A stretch of DNA of 64,000 nucleotides from Lama glama (taxonomy: Eukaryota), in contig CM052818.1 of the NCBI GenBank assembly GCA_028534125.1, positions 18,416,001-18,480,000 of the forward strand. Direction: 5' to 3'. The notes under the pieces are model-generated. The model was not told the origin of the DNA. It did no database searches and worked only from the letters and a program-made list of their open reading frames with translations. The first letter of the stretch is position 1, and every line of letters starts with the position of its first letter. This document shows positions 38,301 through 51,292 of the stretch, piece after piece. The translations under genes and the position numbers were made by a program.

Positions 38301-38569
38301 CCCAGAGACATCTCCTCTCTGCCTTCTCCTGCCTCCAACTTATTCCAAATACTGCTGGTTTTTCTTTTTAAAATTTTATTTAAATAGTGTTGATTTTGAA
38401 ATGGGTTTCTGGAAGTTGGACATCATTATAAAGACTGTGATGCATTTTTCTACCTTGGCTTTGAATAAAAATTCAGCCTAAAATAATAGTACTGTTTGGA
38501 TTAGGATCAGGTGTATGTTTCCCACAGAAGTCCCCCACCCAGCTTCCTCTGACCCCCTCAAAGACTTTG

Positions 38570-38700
38570 GAGGTCAGACAAGTACCATCCCCAGCTCACA
38601 GATGAGAAAACCAAGGGCTAAGAGATTTATTGTCTTGTTCAGAGTCACTCAGCTGGCTAGTGACAAGTAGGAATGAGACCCCAGACATCAGGACTCCCAG
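38570..38700 (-). mobile_element. MIR fragment
   Basis: 'catccccagctcacagatgagaaaaccaagg...agagtcactcagctggctagtgac'. Confidence 0.8.
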
Positions 38701-39589
38701 TAGACAGGTATGTGGTGCTGGCTCCCTTCAATCACACAACAAATTGTCTCCAAATCTAATGACAGAGAGACCTCAAAAATAATAATAATTCAGAATAAAG
38801 TCTGAGGTTAACCGAGGATCAGCACAGCCAGCCAGCAGCACCACTGTCTCTGGCTGCAGCGGCCACAGAACCCTCCACCGGAAGAGCCCTGACCTTCCAG
38901 AACCATCCTCAGCAGGTGTGACAAGGAAGGAAACCAGCTGCTCCCCAGCACACACTCGGAGAGAATCAGCTGAGCCTCCTGAAACATTTCTCCTGCCCCG
39001 TGCAAGAGAGAAGAAGTGGTTAAACTTGGAGGCCCTGCAGAGACATTATCTTAACACTTTGGAAACATTTGTGATTCACATCCTCATTAGATAAAAAACA
39101 TTGCAAAGGCTTTCAGGGTTTGTGGGGGGAAACATCACATTGCAGCAATAATGACACAGAGCAGTATTAGCATTTCTGTTGGTTCATTCCGCCCACAGTC
39201 AGGAGTGGCAGCAGCCACTATCAATTTATAGAAATGGGTTTTAATTCCTGAATGGCAATCCTGCTACTTAGAGTCAAGATAAATGTTTTCTGTGTGTGCA
39301 CACAGATAAGCACAGAGCTGTGAACTCTGTGCCCGTGCATGTATGCATGCATCTGGTGAATTACAGTGATAGCTTTTCCTTGCATTAGTTTAATGTCCTG
39401 GATAAGGCCCAGGATGTAGTCAGAAAGTCAACAGCAAGTTCAAGTTTAGTCAACAGTCATCTACGGTGTTTGGACATTCTTCAGAACAGATTGTTTTCAC
39501 ACTACTTCAGAGAAGGATCAGGGAAATCCAGCTCTAGATTTTATGGAGTAATCACGGGTAACATTTGTCAAGTGCCGTCCATAGATCCC

Positions 39590-39725
39590 TGTTTCAGAAT
39601 CGGCTCATGTGGCTGTTAAAATTTCAGTTATTGGGCCCCAGCCCAGAGCTACCAACTCAGAATCACCAGGGAGGAGTCCCAGGAAACTGCCATTTTAACA
39701 AGAACCCAGGGGACTCTTATGTATC
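39590..39725. mobile_element. MER5-family fragment
   Basis: 'tgggccccagcccagagctacc...tcagaatc...gccattttaacaagaacccaggggactcttatg'. Confidence 0.75.
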
Positions 39726-41209
39726 TAAGGGAGAGACAGGAAAAGAGAGAAAAGGCTAAAATCTAAGGTGAGAGACAGGGAGACACAGAGAGCCGAGAGC
39801 AAGACCAAAAGAGAGGTCCCAGTCATTACCCCAGCACCCCTTCCCCAGCTGCCTTTAACAAGCTCTGCCCAGGCGGGTTCCAGGTCAGCCCTGCCAAGAC
39901 CTGTGCCCAAAAGAGCCAGACTTGTTGATACTATATAAGCCCACCCCCACCATCGAGTGGGGCCCAGGCATGGTCTGGCTCCCCAACACCTGGCCTCTAG
40001 CTTGAGGGTTAACAATGTTTAGCCCCTGCACATCTCCATGAGCATCAGGCTGCAAACATCCCCATCTGTACACTTGGGGGTGGCCTATGTGTCTATTAGA
40101 CCATGATTCCAGCTTCCCCTTCAATCTCGGCTTTCCCACAGAGAAGCTGTTGACCTTCTGCCCTCACACCTGCCAGGCTCTCCCCTGACAGGACTCCACT
40201 CTGGGTTTCCTCTGTCTCATCCCTTGTCAGCTGTTTGAGAGATGACAGGGGAGACATCAGGTGCTGCGTGTGGGAATTGTCATTATGTGGATGCTACGAC
40301 TATCATATGGTCAGATCTCAAAGAGAAAGACCCTTCCCTGTGTGAAAGAGATGGGAGTCACCTACAGGCTAAGTCACTCTCAGCTTTAGAGACAGACTGG
40401 GTCTCAAACTAGCAGCCTGAATCCTCAGGAGAACTGCAAGCCACATGGTAAGGTGGCTGTGAACTATCTTGGAGGAAGCCCATTAGTTGTCACCTCCAAG
40501 TGAAGAGGAACAAGGATCAAGGAATGAGGAGCTCATGCCTGCGAAGTTATACCAATCCTTCCCTCCCTTACTATCCCACAACCCCCTACCCACGCCCCTT
40601 ACACACACACACACGCACACAGAGCTAGAGTATAGATTATCAGGAAGGATCACAGGACAGGGCTTGAAAGCCTTAAGTACCATGACTTGGAGCAGATTCA
40701 CAGATGTGAAGTGTGTTAACTATTCCTAATTGCTGCCCCCTAATATTTAACAGTGCTTGAAAATGCCAGCTGCTTCAGCTGTGCTAAGAGAACCAAGAGA
40801 CAGGACTTTTATTCTCCTGAGAAAGATGCCTTCCCATAGAATGTCCGCTTAAGTCATATCCAAGTCAAACTTCAGAGATGAGTTATGAGTACACCTATGC
40901 TTGGGAATAAGTTGTTTAAGGTCAGAGGATGGGGAGGAGGATACACTCTGAGGTTAGCAGAGTGATGCCAGCAGTAACTAGATTATAAGAACTCAACAGG
41001 AAAGGTGAAACACACCAGGATTTGAGCCTTTTGCTTCAACTGCCTCTCCATCACCTTCAGAAAATTAGTGGGGGTTTTTTTCTGCTTAATGAAAGAAAAC
41101 AAGCAATGAGGCAGCAAGTGGATGGAGATGTGTGTGCCAGGGTAAGTCCACTGGCTTTGTTAAGTAAAAGAGGAAAATCCCCTTATACTCTGGTTCAAAA
41201 AGAAATAGA

Positions 41210-41440
41210 GACATTTACTGAGAGATGATAAGGTGTCAAGTATTTTTCTGAATCTTTGCACACATCATCTCTTGTAATATACACAAAAAACTCTGGGAAG
41301 TAAGGTATTACTATATTGATTCCACAGACAAGAATATTGAGCCTCACAGAAATTTAAGCAAAAATAAGCCTAAGGTCAAATATCTAGTAAGTGGCAAAAT
41401 CAAAATTCAACCACAGGTCTGTTTGATTCCCAAATGTCTT
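41210..41440 (-). mobile_element. MIR
   Basis: 'acatttactgag...gtaaggtattact...tattgagcctcacaga...gcctaaggtcaaatatctagtaagtggcaaa'. Confidence 0.7.
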
Positions 41441-44102
41441 CACCTTCAACTCAGTCTGTGGCTTCTATCAGACACATACTTAACCCAGAGAATCACCCAG
41501 CATCACTGCTGCCAAGCAGTACTGATGCCACCCCTGGGCTTGCAAATCAGACTATTTGGACATTGACAGCAGCCAGACTGGAGAGGCAATGGTCAAAATG
41601 CCTTGCACCCCCTGGCCTACAGTGCTGACTTCTGCTGCCGTGGTCAGCTTTTCTGGTCCCACCCTGTGTTTGTTGGCACTTGATGCTAATTCACCCACCA
41701 CTCTCATTGAACATCCCATCATGTTCAGAAGCCAGGGATAGGAAGTTCATGACACATAAGATGCGTTTACTCATAACAGAGCTTGAAGTTACTCCATGAA
41801 TTCAAACCCACATATATGACCACATTCTCCAACCTTTCTAAAACCATGACTAATAGAAAATTTGCTGTTACAAAGCTTAAGTGCTAGGTTGGTTGACTTT
41901 GCCTTTAAAAAGAGAACCAACAGTGTACAGCTGGGATTTGTCTGACAGGATAATTTCCCAGAGAGTCAGGGAGACCATGTGGAAGTAAAGAAGCAAAGAT
42001 GCATTTGACCCATCTGAACTCCTGACTATGCTCCAAAGTGAAGGACTCGTCTACCGGAGAATCTACAATAGAATTCACCTTTCTTTCCTTCAAACCTAGA
42101 GAGCAATTTCTTGCTTTGGCTGGGAAAGATACGTTTGATCATGCCACTTTTGCTGCACATTTGCAAGAACTATCTAGATACCCACTAATCCATATGCTAA
42201 GATTTCAGTGCCTTCAGTATGGAGGAGACAAGAGATGCATTTCTACACTGAGACCACAAGGCACAGACTCTCCCTAGGCTGAGATCCTTTGCTTTCAGCA
42301 AATTATCAAGAGACTGTGGACTCAGTCATATGAGGCTCTGGGACAACTGATATCCTCCATGTGCTATTTGCCATGACTTGTGCTGCCTCCTACGTGCAGG
42401 TGAGAGGGCTTCACAGTCATACACTTGATAGTTAGATCACATGAGTTGTGGTATCTTTGGAAATGAGTATTGTGGGGGCAGTATATGCACAGTGCTCAAG
42501 AATTGATCTATCCCAGATATATCACTCACAAGATTGCCTCTCCCAGCTCCCCTCCAGCTAAAGCTGCCCCACCCCAGCCCCTGTTCCCAGGAGGTGGTAC
42601 TAAAGCTGATTTTGCACAGAGGTGACAGCTGATGGCACTAGAGACCACAGTGAAGCACATTCACATTCTTTTCAGTCGCCTTTGGCATGGCCTGGCACCA
42701 GACTCTGCCCAACCAGGGACAGTGGTCATTAGCTGGTTCAGACAGAGGACCTTTCTCATGAATCTGAATTGGAGATAATGTGGAGAATTGGACATAGTAG
42801 TAGTAGTACAGGTGGATACTCTAGCCAATATATGGGTCCTGTTTATGAGAATACCCCAGAGTCCCTGAACTCTGGGTTTGAGCAACTTGGGTCCTCAATG
42901 GAGCCATCTAGTTCTTGAACAGATTTCTACCTCCTCAAGGCCCAGAAGTGTGATTGCCCTAATTTTTAGATTTCTATTTTCCTTATTCTCCCATATGTCC
43001 TTATATTACACACTACCATTACTAGAGGTAAAGAAAGGAACTTTGGAAAAAGCTGCACATTATGGCTTTCTTTAGGGATATTTAAAGCCCAATAGTATAC
43101 TAAAGGTTCTGATAAGGCTAGCAAAAAAAAAAAAATACAAAAATGCCTTTTTACCTTTAACTCAACATTCCCCCGAGAAATTTGTTTATAAACCTCCCCC
43201 TTTCTTTCTCAGAATCACTGATAGTATCTTAGGAAACCAATAGAAATGCTTCCTAAAATAATTGGCACTTTTACAGATAATACTGGCCTGTCAGTTGAAG
43301 GTAGAGATGTTGGTTCTAAAGTAAACTTCCAGGGAAAGGTGGGAATGAAAAGGATGATTTGGGCTGGAGCAATCTGGATGGGCCAAGCATGGCACAAAAA
43401 AGGAAAAGCAGAGGCACAAATGCAAAGATGAGCATAAGGACAGGAGTAGGGGAGAGGGAGGAACAACACCAGGGATGAAGTCAGTACGAGAGGGTGTAGC
43501 CAAGCCTTGCCACTGGTGCTGCCATTATGTCCCCAGTTCATCAAACCATAGACTTTTAATGCAACCATGACAACCCTTGATTTGTTTTAGTCTGTATTCA
43601 CATCCCTGTTATTGTTTTAAAGTCGCTGGGGTAATTTTAAACTAATCTTCTAATCTTTTTCCAAGAGCCCTCATCAATAACAACTGAAAGGATGATTAAA
43701 ATAACCCTCTGTGTAAGACAAACTAAGTCAAAATTAATGTGGGGACTAAATTACTCTAACAGAGATAAAATGTCAATGCTATCATTTATAAAAGATTTGT
43801 TGCCAAATGCTATCTCAAGTCAAAAGTATGCTTGAGTTGTAACCTGATCTTTGCCAGAGTATCTAAGGAGAAAAAAAGAGATATGAGGCCTACATTTTGG
43901 TCTTCACTGGCCCATCTGTGTTGTAGGGAAGATACGGGTGGATGAAGGAACTGAGGTTCAGCACACTCTCCTCCAACTATGTTCTATAAACCCAGCCACA
44001 CTCCCAGCTCAGCTTAGCCTCTTTTTCTGAAATGATCCCCTTTCAAAAACATTTAACCCTGAAAGAAGGGGGCTAAAGCTGAGAGATGAGAGTAGCACAG
44101 CG

Positions 44103-46283
44103 ATGAAAAACTCTTACCAAAGTGGGTATAGAGTGATCTCCATCAAATTACCCAGGATATTTTTTACAGAACTAGAACAAATAATCCTAAAATTTATACG
44201 GAATCACCAAATACCCAGAATTGCCAAAGAAATACTGAAGAAAAAGAACAAAGCTGGAGGAATAACCCTCCCAGACTTCAGACAACACTACAGAGATACC
44301 ATAACCAAAATGGCACAGTACTGGCACAAAAACAGACATATGGATCAATGAGACAGAATAGAGAGCTCAGAAATAAACCCACACACCTAGTCAATTGATA
44401 TTTGACAGACAAGGCAAGACTATACAATGGAGAAAAGACAGCCTCTTTGGCAAGTGGTGCTGGGAAAAGTGGACAGCTGCATGTAAATCAATGAAATTAA
44501 AACACTCACTCACATTATATACAAAAATAAATTCAAAATGGCTTAAAGATTTAAACAGAAGGCAAGCCACCAGAAATCTCCTAGAAGAAACCATAGGCAA
44601 AACATTTTCTGACATAAATCTTAGCAATGTTGTCCTAGGGCAGCCAACCAAGGCAATAGAAATAAAAGCAAAAATAAATAAATGGGACCTAATTAAATTT
44701 ATAATCTTTTACACAGCAAACTATAAACAAAATGAAAAGACAACCTATGGAATGGGAGAAAATATTTACAAATGATGCAACTGACAAAAGCTTAATTTCC
44801 ATAATATACAAACAGCTCATACAACTTAATAACACAAGAACAAAGAACCCAATTCAAAAATGGGCAAAAGACCTAAACAAACATTTCTCCAATGAAGACA
44901 TACAAGTGGCCAATAAGCACATGAAAAATATCCTCAATATTCCTAATTATCAGAGAAATGCAAATCAAAAATTCAATGAGTTATTGCCTCAAGCTAGTCA
45001 GAATGGCCATCACTAAAAAGTCCACAAACAATAAATGCTAGAGAGGGTGTGGAGAAAAGGGAACCCTCCTACATGGTTGGTAGGAATGTAGTTTGGTGCA
45101 GTTATTATAGAAAACAGTATGGAGTTTCCTTAAAAAAACTAAAAATAGACTTACCATATGATCCAGCAATCCCACTCCTGAGCATATATCTTGAGGGAAC
45201 TCTAATTCGAAAAGGTACATGCATTGCAATGCTCATAGCAGCACTATATACAACAGCCAAGACAGAGAAGCGACCTAAATACTCATTGAAGATGAATAGA
45301 TAAAGAAGTTGTGGTATATTCATACAATGGAATATTATCCAGCCATAAAAAAGAATGAAATAACATCATTTGCAGCCATATGGATGGACCTAGAGATTGT
45401 CATTCTAAGTGAAATAAGCCAGAAAGAGAAATACAAAGGTATATCACTTATGTATGGTATCTAAAAATATGACACAAATGAACTCATTTACAAAACAGGA
45501 ACAGATTCACAAACATAGAAACTTATGGTTACCAAGGGGAAGGTAGGAGGGGGTGGAGGGATAAATTGGGAGTTTGCNNNNNNNNNNNNNNNNNNNNNNN
45601 NNNNNNNNNNNNNNNNNNNNNNNNNNNNNNNNNNNNNNNNNNNNNNNNNNNNNNNNNNNNNNNNNNNNNNNNNNNNNNNNNNNNNNNNNNNNNNNNNNNN
45701 NNNNNNNNNNNNNNNNNNNNNNNNNNNNNNNNNNNNNNNNNNNNNNNNNNNNNNNNNNNNNNNNNNNNNNNNNNNNNNNNNNNNNNNNNNNNNNNNNNNN
45801 NNNNNNNNNNNNNNNNNNNNNNNNNNNNNNNNNNNNNNNNNNNNNNNNNNNNNNNNNNNNNNNNNNNNNNNNNNNNNNNNNNNNNNNNNNNNNNNNNNNN
45901 NNNNNNNNNNNNNNNNNNNNNNNNNNNNNNNNNNNNNNNNNNNNNNNNNNNNNNNNNNNNNNNNNNNNNNNNNNNNNNNNNNNNNNNNNNNNNNNNNNNN
46001 NNNNNNNNNNNNNNNNNNNNNNNNNNNNNNNNNNNNNNNNNNNNNNNNNNNNNNNNNNNNNNNNNNNNNNNNNNNNNAAAAAAATAAAATAAATAAATAA
46101 AGAAATCTAAAATAGATAAGCAACAAGGTCCTACCATATAGCACAGGGAATTACATTCAATATCCTATAATAAACCATAAAGGTAAAGTATGAAAAAGAA
46201 TATATACATGTACAACTGAATCACTTTGCTGTACACCAGAAACTAACACAATATTGTAAATCCACTATACAAAAAGAAAAAAA
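44103..46283 (+). mobile_element. 5'-truncated LINE-1 (ORF2 C-terminal third + 3' UTR), spanning an assembly gap
   Basis: ORFs 44103-44351 ([13 protein letters not shown]...[13 protein letters not shown]), 44395-44775 (WRKDSLFGKWCWEKW), 44732-45016 and 45049-45303 are successive frameshifted ORF2 pieces; the 3' UTR resumes after the gap. Confidence 0.95.
45578..46078. other. Assembly gap (501 N)
   Basis: Run of N. Confidence 0.99.
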
Positions 46284-48811
46284 TTTATTTCATTCCCTTA
46301 AATTTGTAGAGTGGGAAACGGAGGCCCAGGAGAGATCAGCAATTCGCCCAAGGTTACACCAGACGGAGTTTTGCCTAGTGCTAAGATTTCCCATCCATAT
46401 CACTCAAAATTCCAGCTTGCTTGCCAGGCTTGGTTTCACTTCCCACTTTGGTACCAAACTGTCATGTTCAATGAAAGCACCCTCCCTCCCTGAGCGAAGG
46501 CCCACTGGATGGTCAGTTTGAGACACAGGGCCTCAATCTGGCAGGGCTTGACAGGCAGGCCACAGTGACCACTGTGGTAGTGGGTGACGGGGACTGTTAA
46601 CTGGAGCAGAGAGGAGCAGGACAAGGTGTTCCAAAGTAGGAAGCTCCCACTGGGGCTGAGTTCCTGCTGAGATCTATATGCTGGTGTTGAAGAGCCCTGT
46701 CCATGAGGCAGTGACTCATGGGAGCCCTGGTCCCTGAAAGCCCCCCAGCAAAGAGGACGGGTATACGTTCATTCATTCACTCACACATGCAGTCACTCAT
46801 GCACGGCTGAGCACTAGGACTGTGGTGGGAGCTGGTAAGTCCAAGGAAGAAGCTGGACGGGAGGGAAAGGAAGGGAGGCATCATTCCAGCTACAAAGCCA
46901 GAAATCAATTCAAACCAAGGAGGAGTGCACACGCAGGGGTGCCAAACAGAGACCCCCAGCTCAGCTGGCCTCTGTGCTTGGAAATCCCCACCAAGCAGGG
47001 GAGGATAATGGAGTAACTCATGCTCAGCAGATCACAAAGGGCTTTCTCCTCCCCATTCCTCCCCGACTGGCTTACCTCTTACAGGTTACGGACCAGCCCC
47101 CGCCCCTCCCCTGGCAAAGGAACGAGTTGTTCCCTCAGCACTTGCTGAGCACTGGGTCCTGTCTGGAATTAATAAGCCCCTAAAACAAGACTTACTCCTC
47201 CTGTGAAGGGGACAGAAACAGACTTGAAATGCAAACAGATATTTCAGGGCCCTAATCAGGGGAAAATATCATTTCATAATAGAAGGTAGTCACTGTCCTC
47301 TGTGAGTTCACAGGCCCCTGGGGTTACGGGTGGCGATTATAAGACAGAGAACTGAACAAAGCCAGCAATGAAGGAAAGGGCACTGGATGGCCAGAGAGCA
47401 GTGCTAGCCAGTGGGTGAAAGGTTACAGGTAAGACAGAGCCCTTTCTGCTGCCTCAATTCCTCCCAAACTCAGCGCTTCCCAGCACTCAGAACCCTTTCC
47501 CATCTCCACTTACATGCTTCTCCTACATGCATTGCACATGCATGACTGGTCACATACGATGGCACTTTACAGTTTACAAAGCACTATACGAGCAGCATCT
47601 CATTGGACCCTCACAAAAGCCCTGTGTACGGGCTAGAGAGCTCACGCTACCCAGTCTTACCTCAAGACATCAAGGCACAGAAAGGCTATGGAACACATCA
47701 GTGATGCAGATGTGAAGGGTGGAGCTAAGGTTCAAAAGAAGGCTTTGCCTGAATCCATCTCATCCTTCCAGGCCAGGGACACTTCCTCCTTCCCTGAAAG
47801 CATTCCCCCAAAACTGCAAAGAGCATTATTACTCAGAACTAGTGGCCTCCGAAACTTGCCACACTCTCAGTCAACAAAAACAAGGCTTCAAGATTTCTAA
47901 TAATCAAGATTTTTAAGATTGGTCAATATATTTCAAGTTCCTAATATATACCAGGCAATATGCTAGCTACATCTGTCTACAATTCTGTGATACCAGTTTT
48001 TGCTGTTGTTCTTTGTTTTGAAATCACTGTTGTACATGTCAGACCACTGAGGTGTGGACAATGAAAGATGTGTTTGTGGTCATGCAGTTGTATCAGAGCA
48101 AGAATTCTAACTCATGTGTTCCACCTTATAATCTTTAACTCTCGAGTTTTCTCAAAATATGATTAGCCAGACTTCTACTTATGGAATATTCCAGTGAACT
48201 GAGTTGTTCTTGGTACTACTAAGGGATACATGGGTTTGGAGGGGCTGCCTCATTTCTGCCTCCCAGCTGCTCATCATCTCAAGCACCTCCCCCATTTTCT
48301 CCACTTCCCTCCACAATGGACACTAGCACATACACAAAGCATGTGTGCACATGCACACACACATATACAGCCACAAATACACATGCACACGGACATATAC
48401 AAGCATGTGGAGGGGCTACAAGTTCTCAAATCAAAACCTCTCTGAGTCCTTTTCGAACTCCCTGGCTACAGCAGAATGAAGGAGGGAGTGTCACAACATG
48501 TTTTTCAATGCAAGAAACTTATTTTCAAATACATACACTACACAGTGCCTATATGCCCCATGATCAAAGGGAAGGCCTTTGATAAAATCCCAGATGCAAA
48601 GAAGAAAGACATGGTGGCTTATTTGAAATGAAGTTGGACTGTTTTAAAACTATGAGCCTGTCACAGGAGAATCTCAACTATATAATTAATTTTCTTCTGG
48701 CCTTCTGGTTTACCAAAAAATTACAAAATAATAAATCCTGAGATATCCAACTTGCCTACAAATAATGAATTAACTCTAAAGGAATTTGTAAGAGACTCCA
48801 AAGGTGAAAGT

Positions 48812-48985
48812 ATGTAGCCATGGGGTCAGAGAGACATGGGTTCTAATTCCAGCTCTGTCATTTACCAGAAGTGTGACCTTGGGAATGTTAACCTCTGAGT
48901 CTGTTTCCTCATCTTCACTGTGGGAATAGAAATGCCATGAGATTGTTGAGGGAATTAAAGGACAAAGTATATACAATACCTGCTA
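48812..48985 (+). mobile_element. MIR
   Basis: 'gacatgggttctaattccagctctgtcatttaccagaagtgtgaccttggg...aacctctgagtctgtttcctcatct'. Confidence 0.88.
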
Positions 48986-49090
48986 CCTTGCAGGAACTCA
49001 CTGTTGGTCTCCCCCTGTTGAGGAGTTCCCTAAATGCCCACACCTGAGACCTTCACGCCCAAACTTAGGAAGACATTATAATGCCCCAAC

Positions 49091-49266
49091 CAGTAGCTCT
49101 TCATTCTGGCTGCAGTTGGAATCACTTGGGAAGCTTTGAAAATCTAGATGCCCAGATCCCACTCCACTCCAATCAAATGAGAATCTTTAGAGATGGGATC
49201 CAGGCATAAGTATTTTTTATAGCTCCCCAGATAACTCCAGAATGCAGCCAAGGTTAACAATCAATG
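49091..49266. mobile_element. MER5-family MITE
   Basis: 'cagtagctct...ggctgcagttggaatcacttgggaagcttt...atccaggcataagtattttttatagctccccag...tgcagccaaggtt'. Confidence 0.82.
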
Positions 49267-49947
49267 CCTAGATTCCTATTCCTACACAGTAAAGACTTCA
49301 TCAGAAAAACTACATTATTATCCTCAATGAGCCTAAAGTTAAATTTCAAATATTTTGCTTCTAGAGAAATTCCTAGAGAAGCTGCCTATCAGCTCCATGA
49401 GCCCCCATTTCTTCAAGAACCTGGTACCCAACCTTGTCCTGCAGGCCCCCATCACAGCACCAACCCTTCCCACCCCATCTCAGGAAAGGATATGGGTGCG
49501 TCACTGGCACAGTAATGGGAATTAGAAGCTGGATTGTTCCTTCAATCATTGGTCATCTGAGGCCTGAGATTTCATCTCACCACGGAATCTATAAAAGGGC
49601 TTTTGAGATGTTAGAGTTGATGGAGTTACCATGCTGGGAGGGGCTTCTATTTTGCCTCAGAAATCACATCCAAGAAGTCACCACCTAGGATCCAATCCAT
49701 TCTCTGTTCCTGGAAGTTTCTGACTTAAGTAGGTAAGGCAAGAGCTTTGAACTGCCAGTTTCACCCTACAGGAGGCATTCCCAGGATGGGAGAGCCTACA
49801 AGCTTTTTAGCTTATAGCAGAATGCTACGGCAGCTAAAACAATGGCTTGACCTTACAGAAACTAATTGCTGATGCCAAAGAGCAACACTTCTGACCACAT
49901 TCACATACTCAGAGCAAATATACGTGTGCTAAGCACTTTCATCATCT

Positions 49948-50451
49948 TGAAAGAGTAGAAATCTAACTAACGTAACGCACAAAATGGCTTCCCTGATGCT
50001 AAGGCTTATTTGCTGATTCATTTTGACAATCTTGTTTTTATTTTTGTTTACCCGCTCAATTGCTTTGCTAAAATATCCCCTAACCTTCCCTATACATTCT
50101 TTAACCCAGAAGCTGTTTTCCAGAAAGAAAGTCACGGGTTGATGACCTCAGAAGAATGGACAGACCCTAAGGAGTTTTCCGTGACGCCAGATAGACTTAT
50201 CAAGATCAAGAAGAATACAGCACAACAAACTTTCCCGATTGTTATCACTCTTTTGCTCCATCCAGTTTTTCTATAAAACCTCAAGATCTGAACTCCAAGG
50301 TGGGTTCAGTCCCTAAGACGTTAGCTTGCTGTGATTCCCCTTTGTCTGGCAAAGCAATAAAGCTGCTCTCTTCTGATACTCCCAAAACTCTGTCTCTGTC
50401 TCTGAGTCTGAATTCATCTTTCCAGGCACAGAGGCTGGTTTTTTGGCAACA
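49948..50451 (+). mobile_element. ERV1-type (gammaretrovirus-like) solo LTR, 504 bp, 4-bp TSD, inserted in a MIR
   Basis: TG...CA ends ('tgaaagag'...'ttggcaaca'); ATCT at 49944-49947 and 50452-50455; TATAAAA at 50272; AATAAA at 50356-50361; the flanks rejoin as a minus-strand MIR. Confidence 0.85.
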
Positions 50452-50819
50452 ATCTCACTTACTCTCACCACACCCCTATGAGGTGAATGCTCATATCAAG
50501 CAGACATTAGAGATGAAGAAATGAATGCTTACAGAGGTTATTTCCATTACCCAAGTCCAAGTAAATCCTAAGTAGCAATGAAACTTGAACCCAGGCCTCA
50601 CTGATGCCAACACCTTTTAAGACCCTGACCACATCTTCCTAATCTTTCACTGAGCACTGCCCCTCAGTCCCAGCCACTGTCAGACTCAGAGTCCCAGTCA
50701 GCCTTCACGCTGCCTGACAGGACCTGTGCATCCTAATAGAGTCTGAGTTGGACAAAGTGACCAGATCACTATAATCACTCCCACCGCCGGGTAAACAACC
50801 TAAAGAATAATCTTGCTTA

Positions 50820-51292
50820 TGTTATCAGTCAAGGTCCTAGCAGAAAACAGTTCTACTCAGATGCTCCCAATGAAGAGAACTGACAGAAAAGACTGCCCTC
50901 AGAGGAATGGGAAGGGCAAGAAAAGCAACAAGGGTGTCATGCTCCCAGAAACTAACAGGAAGAAGCCATTCCCAACCTGAGGCCTGAGACAAGTAGGGGG
51001 ATTGGAGCCTGGTGAAGGAGGGGCCACCAGCCAGAGCTGTGTCACCCAGGGATGCAGCCTTGTCCAGACCCCTGGGGCCCAGCAGGGAGGGAGCTGCTGG
51101 CAAGCAAGCTCCAACTTCTCTCTCTCACACTCCCAGCTCCTGCTGGTGCCTCCCTCTGGTCAGACCCAACACAGCCTGCCAACAGGAGAGCCTGGATCAG
51201 GCCACCTGTTAAGGTCAGCCTCTTGGGGCTCAGAGCAGAGCAGGGAAGGGAGTGAATGTGTCTGGACTAGGGAAGTAGAAAATAATCCATAG
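50820..51292 (-). mobile_element. LTR33-like ERVL LTR
   Basis: 'tgttatcagtcaaggtcctagcagaaaacag'...'ctcctgctggtgcctccctctggtcagacccaac'...'cagagcagagcagggaaggg...tctgga'. Confidence 0.7.

Noticed and set aside
43040..43260. Possible hAT-Charlie fragment
   Set aside because: Only vague similarity from memory; no clear termini.
45488..46144. Long ORFs of 172-218 aa
   Set aside because: Artefacts of translating the N gap.
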